Below, piece after piece: positions 58,766 to 64,000 of a DNA stretch of 64,000 nucleotides (the first letter of the stretch is position 1; every line of letters starts with the position of its first letter). Under the pieces are notes generated by a model. That model saw nothing but the letters and a program-made list of their open reading frames with translations, did no database searches and was not told where the DNA came from. The translations under genes were made by a program, and so were the position numbers. The stretch covers positions 740,575 through 804,574 of the forward strand of contig JAZJZY010000002.1 in the NCBI GenBank assembly GCA_040389405.1, given 5' to 3'. Source of the DNA: Pseudomonadota bacterium. GTDB taxonomy: Bacteria; Pseudomonadota; Alphaproteobacteria; Micropepsales; Micropepsaceae.

Positions 58766-59680
58766 TCAATGCGATTCTTGCCCAAGAATCTGCCGGACGC
58801 CTTTTTTCGAGAAAGGCTGCAGGAGCTGGCCGATAAAATCCCGGCGGACCCATCCGCTGATCCCGATATCGACCGACGAGGGCCGTTGCGGATTGTAGTA
58901 GGTGCCGAACAGGTGATCCCACAACACGATATTTTCGCAGTAATTCCTGTTTCCTTCGCTGATATCTGTCGAATGATGCCAGCGATGCAGTCGCGGCGTG
59001 CTGAATATCCAGTCAAGAAACCCTGTTCTCAGCACGATATTGCAATGCGTCAGGAGGCCGGTGAAAGCGGTGACCGCACCGACCCAAAGGAACACCGGCA
59101 AAGGAGCCCCCAGCAGATAGAGCGGTAACTGGCTCAGCAGCAACTTCAATAGCGAATCGACAATGTGAAACCGCCCCGTATTGATCACCCATAGCCGCGT
59201 CACGCTGTGATGCAGGGCATGGAATCGCCAGAAATAAAGCCGCTCATGCGCCAGGCGGTGCGCGACATAGAGACCGAACTCGGCAATGACCAGCGCCAGT
59301 ACGACTTGAACAGCTATCGGCCACCCTAATGGCCAGACATGACCCGCCGAGCCGGTGATGGGCTGGACGACGATTGCAACCAGCATCGGAAAAGACGCCG
59401 CGATCGCCGCCGCGATCTGCACCAGGCCTTTATTCAAAAGCGTGTGCGCAAGATCGTTGAACGCCTCGCCATCGGGCGCCAGCCAGCCCGTCGCGTACGG
59501 CATCAGCGGTTCGAAAACAGCTATGATCGCGGCCACCGAGAGATAGACCGCAGCGAACCACAGGAGTGGGAATTCGCTGCGAAATGCCATGCCCGCAGCC
59601 AACAATCCGCCGAAATATACAAACGGCCAAAGAACAAAAGATGCCGCATTGCGGAGGTCGCCTGCGATTTTATCCGCCAT
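58766..59680 (-). CDS. fatty acid hydroxylase / sterol desaturase family membrane protein
   Basis: Histidine boxes HRLAH, FHALHH and HRWHH; ATG 59680 (MADKIAG) preferred over the ORF-track 59899. Confidence 0.8.
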   Translation of the reverse strand: MADKIAGDLRNAASFVLWPFVYFGGLLAAGMAFRSEFPLLWFAAVYLSVAAIIAVFEPLMPYATGWLAPDGEAFNDLAHTLLNKGLVQIAAAIAASFPMLVAIVVQPITGSAGHVWPLGWPIAVQVVLALVIAEFGLYVAHRLAHERLYFWRFHALHHSVTRLWVINTGRFHIVDSLLKLLLSQLPLYLLGAPLPVFLWVGAVTAFTGLLTHCNIVLRTGFLDWIFSTPRLHRWHHSTDISEGNRNYCENIVLWDHLFGTYYNPQRPSSVDIGISGWVRRDFIGQLLQPFSKKGVRQILGQESH

Positions 59681-59943
59681 GTGAATTCTGTTCCTTCGGG
59701 CCGTAATCCAGGCCGCAAGATAAAAGGCGAAGATTGCGCCAGCATTGCGGGGTTGGCTGATTTTGCCGCCCCAACGTCCGCGGCACCGATAACGACGTGA
59801 CAGCGGGAAAGGCCAAAAGCCAAATCGGCGCGTGGCATAAATGGCGCGCCCACCCGATCGCTGCGCGACCGGCGCGCAGTTTTCCCAAGCTCGCTGCACT
59901 CAGGATAAGGAAGCGGAAGGGCGCTGCGCGCGCTAACAAAAAC

Positions 59944-60020
59944 TGGCGCGCCCGGAGAGATTCGAACTCCCGGCCCCCAGATTCGTAGTCTGGTGCTCTA
60001 TCCAGCTGAGCTACGGGCGC
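59944..60020 (-). tRNA. tRNA-Arg (ACG)
   Basis: Reverse complement GCGCCCG-TA-GCTC-AGCTGGATA-GAGC-A-CCAGA-CTACGAA-TCTGG-GGGCC-GGGAG-TTCGAAT-CTCTC-CGGGCGC-G-CCA. Confidence 0.95.
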
Positions 60021-60324
60021 ATACCTAGTCGAAGGGCGCAGAACCTATTGAGGCCGCTCTATAAAGGCAAGCGCGGCGGACGCTTTGGCCGCGACCTCAC
60101 GCCGCTGGCGGTTTTGCGGGCATTGTGCCGCCCGGATTGCTGCCAAGTCCTCACGATGATTGTGTAAAATGGCCAAAGCGGGCGTGCCAGCCCTTGTCCG
60201 TCCTCTTGGGCCTCGTTAAGACTAAACCCCCGCGTCTTGGCTGGCGGGCGTCGGCCAAGCGGGTTGGGGTTGAAAGCGTGCCGCCCCCCTTTTTGGGGCA
60301 GGGGCGCCGGCAGCGGAGAGCAGA

Positions 60325-61491
60325 ATGAGGGGAATTCCAGCCAAACGGGGCCTTAAATCGGGCCTTCTTCTGGCATGCGTGCTGACCGCCGGGCTGGGTC
60401 TGACCGCCTGCGCCGATATCGACAATATGTTCGAGGACGGCAGCAGCGATATGTCGGCCTCCGATGCACCGGCGCCGACCGCCGCCGATGCCGGCGCGAT
60501 GCCCGCTCCGTCCGCTAATTTTCCGCCGCCTTCCGCTGGTGGCGGTGGGATCGCCCCGGTCGCCACGATTACGCCGATCACCATCGAATCCGGTCCCGAT
60601 ACCGGCACCCAGGTCAACAAGACCATCCAGACCCTCCGCAACCAGGTTGCCGGCCTGGAAAGCAAACTGGGCGCCAACGCCCAGCGTCTGGCCGACCTGC
60701 GCAACAATGGCGCGGCCGCGGCCGGCGCCTATCAGGAATCCAAGGCGCGGATCACCACCCGCCTGCAAGTCGGCACCACAAAGGGCAATCCTGAACTGGT
60801 GAGCGAATGGAATTCGGCCCAGTCCTCGCTCGATATCGTGTCGGCCAACATCAACCAATTGAGCGCGCTTGGCACCGACGTGACCGGCGATTCCTCCACC
60901 GCCCATTTCGCGCTGGACCAGATCAGCGCCACCTTCAATGTCTCGGGCGCGGTCGATGAAGATCATCGCCAGCTGCAGTTGCTGGAAGACGAAACCAACC
61001 AGACCATCGTGCTGGTCGACCGGCTGCTGAAGGAAGTTTCCGACAATGTGCAGCGCCAGACAGCGTATGTCGGCAATGAGCGCACCAACCTTTCGATCCT
61101 TTCCAACTCGATCAAGAGCGGCGAATTGTATGGCGGCGCGCCGGGCCTGACCGCCGCCGCGGCCAGCAACAATCTGCAATTCGCGTCCAGCGGCACCCCC
61201 TTGGTGGTGGTGCGCTTCGATCGCCCCAATGTCGATTATCAGCAGATTCTGTACGCCGCCTTGAACCAGGCCTTGCAGTCCCGCCCCAATGCGAATTTCC
61301 AGGTGGTGGCGGTTTCTCCCACCCGCGGCAATGCGGCTTCGGTGCAGATTGCCCAGACCACGGCGCGCCGCCATGCCCAAGACGTGATGCGTTCCATGAC
61401 GGATATGGGCGTGCCCGCCTCGCGCCTGAATGTGGCCTCGTCCACCGATCCGGCCGCTGCCGCCAGCGAAGTGCGCGTCTTTATTCGCTAA
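60325..61491 (+). CDS. lipoprotein with Pro/Ala linker, coiled-coil region and degenerate OmpA-like C-terminus (hypothetical)
   Basis: Lipobox LGLTAC. Heptad-rich middle. C-terminal F-VVAVSP-RG...ARRHAQDVMRSMTDMGVPASRL...EVRVFIR resembles an OmpA_C fold without the canonical TD..G. Confidence 0.6.
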   Translation: MRGIPAKRGLKSGLLLACVLTAGLGLTACADIDNMFEDGSSDMSASDAPAPTAADAGAMPAPSANFPPPSAGGGGIAPVATITPITIESGPDTGTQVNKTIQTLRNQVAGLESKLGANAQRLADLRNNGAAAAGAYQESKARITTRLQVGTTKGNPELVSEWNSAQSSLDIVSANINQLSALGTDVTGDSSTAHFALDQISATFNVSGAVDEDHRQLQLLEDETNQTIVLVDRLLKEVSDNVQRQTAYVGNERTNLSILSNSIKSGELYGGAPGLTAAAASNNLQFASSGTPLVVVRFDRPNVDYQQILYAALNQALQSRPNANFQVVAVSPTRGNAASVQIAQTTARRHAQDVMRSMTDMGVPASRLNVASSTDPAAAASEVRVFIR

Positions 61492-61583
61492 GATCGGAGC
61501 GTCGCCCAGGAAAAGTGTGAGCGCCGGCTCGCGGGTGAAGCAAGGATTAAGACGCGACCGGTTTTCCGTCCGGGCGCGCGACC

Positions 61584-61619
61584 AAAAAAAAGAGCCCGCC
61601 CTTACCGGCGGGCTTTTTT
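61584..61619. terminator. bidirectional rho-independent terminator
   Basis: AAAAAAAAG-AGCCCGCC-CTTACC-GGCGGGCT-TTTTT; the tam stop codon lies in the loop. Confidence 0.85.
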
Positions 61620-62399
61620 GTTTCCAGCTTTTGTCGCGACCACAAACAAGCGCTGGAACGGAAACAGCGTCGTGCCGTCGGCGCGGCGCGGATAGGCCGC
61701 ATTCAATTTTTGTTTGTAGAGCGCAACGAACGCCTCGCGGTCGGAACCTTCCAGCGCCTGGACGTAAGGACGCAAAGCTGTCCCCGAGACCCAGCGATAG
61801 ACGGCGTCTTCGCCTTCGAGCAGCTGCAGATATTCGGTTTCCCAGATGTCGAGCGCGCCCGCCTGCGGCTTCAAAATGTCGTAATAGATTTCCGGCCTGC
61901 CGCGCTCGGTTTCGCGCACCTTCGCCAGCTTGGATTTCCAGCGCGGATCCTGTGCTGTCTCGCGCAACAGGACATGACTGGGGGCGTCGAAATTCACCGG
62001 CACCTGAAAGGCGAAGACGCCACCCGGTTTCACGAAGGACATCAGCCGGGGCAACAACGTCCCCTGATCGGGCACCCATTGGAAGGTGGCGTTGGAATAG
62101 ATGACGTCATAAGCCGCACCAGGCGCCCAGCTGGCGAGGTCGGCCAACACCCAATGCGCGGGCACACCGCTGGCCCGGGCCTGCTCCAGCATCTCGGCGG
62201 AACTGTCCAGGCCTTCCAGGCCGGCGCCAGGCCAGCGCGCCGCCAAAAGAGCGGTGGAATTGCCGGGGCCGCAGCCCAGGTCTATCACCCTCTCGATCAC
62301 TTTGGCCGGCCGGTCGGCGGGGACCCGGGCCAGCAGATCGGCGGCAGGGCGGGTGCGCTGGTCGGCAAATGCCAGGTAAGTGCGGGGATTCCAGGTCAT
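61602..62399 (-). CDS. tam: trans-aconitate 2-methyltransferase
   Basis: WNPRTYLAFADQRTRPAADLLARVP..., SAM motif VIDLGCGPGNST, YSNATFQWVPDQ. Confidence 0.88.
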   Translation of the reverse strand: MTWNPRTYLAFADQRTRPAADLLARVPADRPAKVIERVIDLGCGPGNSTALLAARWPGAGLEGLDSSAEMLEQARASGVPAHWVLADLASWAPGAAYDVIYSNATFQWVPDQGTLLPRLMSFVKPGGVFAFQVPVNFDAPSHVLLRETAQDPRWKSKLAKVRETERGRPEIYYDILKPQAGALDIWETEYLQLLEGEDAVYRWVSGTALRPYVQALEGSDREAFVALYKQKLNAAYPRRADGTTLFPFQRLFVVATKAGNKKARR

Positions 62400-62611
62400 C
62401 GCGGCCCCGCTTCTCCTTGTCTGTCGCGGCTCCGGACGGAGTTGCCTAGCGACAGCGTAGCGGCAACGCTACACTTTTCCTGGAGCCGCTTTAGGCCAAA
62501 ACCCCTTGATCCGGCGATTGTTATTTAATTACAGGCAGTTCAGGGCCGGCGGTTGACAGGCGCGGCCGGGAGCCATAGAAACCGCGCTCTTTTTCGCCAC
62601 AGGACGCCCCA

Positions 62612-62746
62612 ATGAAGCGCACCTATCAGCCGAGCAAAATCGTGCGCAAGCGCCGCCACGGCTTCCGTTCGCGTATGGCGACCGTGGGTGGCCGTAGGGT
62701 CCTGGCCCGCCGCCGCGCCCATGGCCGCAAGAAACTCTCTGCCTGA
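62612..62746 (+). CDS. rpmH: 50S ribosomal protein L34
   Basis: Not in the ORF track (44 aa): [44 protein letters not shown]. Confidence 0.97.
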   Translation: MKRTYQPSKIVRKRRHGFRSRMATVGGRRVLARRRAHGRKKLSA

Positions 62747-63173
62747 TTTTTCCGGTGCTGCCGAAGGGCTGCACATAGACCGGCTACGTATCGACCGGCT
62801 GAAGAAGCGCGCCGATTTCCTGGCCGCCGCCCGGCATATGCGCCGCGTCTGCGGCGCTGTGACCCTAGAAATGGCGCCCACACCCATAGATCAGGTTCCC
62901 GCCCCCCAAACCCTGCGTCTGGGCTTCACCGCCAGCAAAAAGATCGGCAACGCCGTGGCGCGCAATCGCGCCAAGCGACGGCTGCGAGCTGCGGCCTATG
63001 CGCTGCTTCCCCTTTCAGGCCGCGCCGGCCATGACTATGTTCTCGTCGCCCGCGCGGGCATTCTGGTCCGCGATTTTGCCGCTTTGAAAGATGATATCGC
63101 CGAGGCGGCACGGGCAGCGCATCGGAAGCTGGATGCCCAGTCCACCCCGGATCAGGCCCTGAGGAATACATGA
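62721..63173 (+). CDS. rnpA: RNase P protein component
   Basis: [14 protein letters not shown]...[25 protein letters not shown] (RNR motif). Start uncertain: ATG 62721 overlaps rpmH by 26 nt; ORF-track ATG 62688 overlaps more. Confidence 0.85.
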   Translation: MAARNSLPDFSGAAEGLHIDRLRIDRLKKRADFLAAARHMRRVCGAVTLEMAPTPIDQVPAPQTLRLGFTASKKIGNAVARNRAKRRLRAAAYALLPLSGRAGHDYVLVARAGILVRDFAALKDDIAEAARAAHRKLDAQSTPDQALRNT

Positions 63174-63421
63174 CGCGCCTTGTGACTATCGCCCTGTGCG
63201 CGCCGATCCATTTCTATCGCCGCTTCATCTCCCCCTTGAGCCCGCCCTCCTGCCGCTTCCAGCCCACCTGTTCGGCCTATGCGCTGGAAGCGATCAAGGC
63301 GCATGGACCGGTGCGCGGCCTCGCTCTCGCGGTCCGGCGTATCGTGCGCTGCCATCCCATCACCTGGCTCGGCGGTTCGTCGGGTTTCGATCCTGTCCCC
63401 CACAAACATCCTCACGCGTGA
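63170..63421 (+). CDS. yidD: membrane protein insertion efficiency factor YidD
   Basis: [34 protein letters not shown]. Confidence 0.93.
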   Translation: MTRLVTIALCAPIHFYRRFISPLSPPSCRFQPTCSAYALEAIKAHGPVRGLALAVRRIVRCHPITWLGGSSGFDPVPHKHPHA

Positions 63422-63431
63422 AAATCAGTCC

Positions 63432-64000
63432 ATGAACGCCAATCGCAACAACATGTTTCTCGCCATCGCTTTGTCGGCGATGGTGATCTTTGCCTGGCAG
63501 TATTTCGTGGTCACGCCGCAGATGAAGGCAGACCAGGCCCGGCAGGCCGTGCTGGCGAAGCAGGAGAAAAAGCAATCACCGTCTGCTGCGCCGGGCGCGG
63601 CCCCTGGAAGCGTGCCGGGCATGCCGACCGCCGCCGCCACGCACATGTCGCGCGAAGCCGCGCTGAAAGTGGGCGGCGCGCGTGTCGCCATCGACAGTCC
63701 GTTGCTGGACGGTTCGATTGCGCTGAAGGGCGCCAAGCTCGATGACCTGCGGCTCAAGAAATATCACGAGACCACGGACCCCAAGAGCCCGGAGATCGTG
63801 CTGCTGGCGCCCAAAAGCACCGACTATCCCTATTACGCGCAGTTCGGCTGGATCGGAAAGAGTGTCCCCGGCGATCAGACCGTGTGGACGCAAGCGGGCG
63901 ATGGCACGCTATCGCCGGGACATCCGGTAACGCTCACCTGGGATAATGGCCAGGGCCTCACCTTCACCCGCGTCATCGCGGTCGACGATCAATACATGTT
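63432..64000 (+). CDS. yidC: membrane protein insertase YidC (5' part, runs off the window)
   Basis: MNANRNNMFLAIALSAMVIFAWQYFV... then a periplasmic domain. Frame open to the window end. rpmH-rnpA-yidD-yidC synteny. Confidence 0.9.
   Translation, partial: MNANRNNMFLAIALSAMVIFAWQYFVVTPQMKADQARQAVLAKQEKKQSPSAAPGAAPGSVPGMPTAAATHMSREAALKVGGARVAIDSPLLDGSIALKGAKLDDLRLKKYHETTDPKSPEIVLLAPKSTDYPYYAQFGWIGKSVPGDQTVWTQAGDGTLSPGHPVTLTWDNGQGLTFTRVIAVDDQYM

Noticed and set aside
59681-60324. Flanks of tRNA-Arg (and of tRNA-CAU), inspected for an integrated element.
   Set aside because: No integrase, no direct repeat of the tRNA 3' end and no compositional break. The neighbouring genes are ordinary chromosomal genes.
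62400-62611. Region upstream of rpmH-rnpA-yidD-yidC, inspected for a replication origin.
   Set aside because: No dnaA gene, no cluster of DnaA-box-like 9-mers and no AT-rich unwinding element were seen. In Caulobacter-like genomes the origin is not at this locus.

Overview
High-GC (roughly 60-65%) alphaproteobacterial chromosome segment, gene-dense, with no transposase, integrase, CRISPR array or rRNA. All calls rest on motif recall and gene order read from the sequence; no database search was possible.

Three blocks of flagellar class II/III genes are present:
- motA
- flgL-flgK divergent from fliK-flgD-flgE
- fliF-fliG-fliH-like-fliN-flbD-flhA
- fliJ-fliI
- flhB-fliR-fliQ-fliE-flgC-flgB divergent from fliO-fliP

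These blocks are interleaved with most of the CtrA cell-cycle circuit: sciP, ctrA, rcdA, trcR/DUF1013 and cckA. The gene order resembles Caulobacter as I recall it.

Housekeeping genes fill the gaps: ilvA, mnmA, rpmE, ubiX, alaS, recA, scoAB, rpmH-rnpA-yidD-yidC, and two tRNAs.

The most accessory-looking part is at 52.9-57.4 kb. It is an MNIO (DUF692)/DUF2063 RiPP operon with a secreted six-Cys bufferin-like precursor. It sits next to an ECF sigma factor (sigF-like), a signal-peptide HExxH peptidase coupled to that sigma factor, and a divergent NrsF-type anti-sigma gene. Exact GTAACC-N16-CGAA promoter motifs precede the precursor gene and nrsF.

Other points worth a second look:
- a minimal, catalytically degenerate FlhF-like protein after flhA
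- a doxX gene bracketed by two 97-nt structured repeats that show compensatory substitutions
- perfect sigma54 and CtrA-box promoters; the sigma54 element forces a reannotation of the flgK start
- an RHH plus unknown two-gene cassette with an AT-rich operator
- a lysine-rich in-frame extension on an acyl-CoA synthetase

The many long antisense ORFs in the track are treated as high-GC artefacts.
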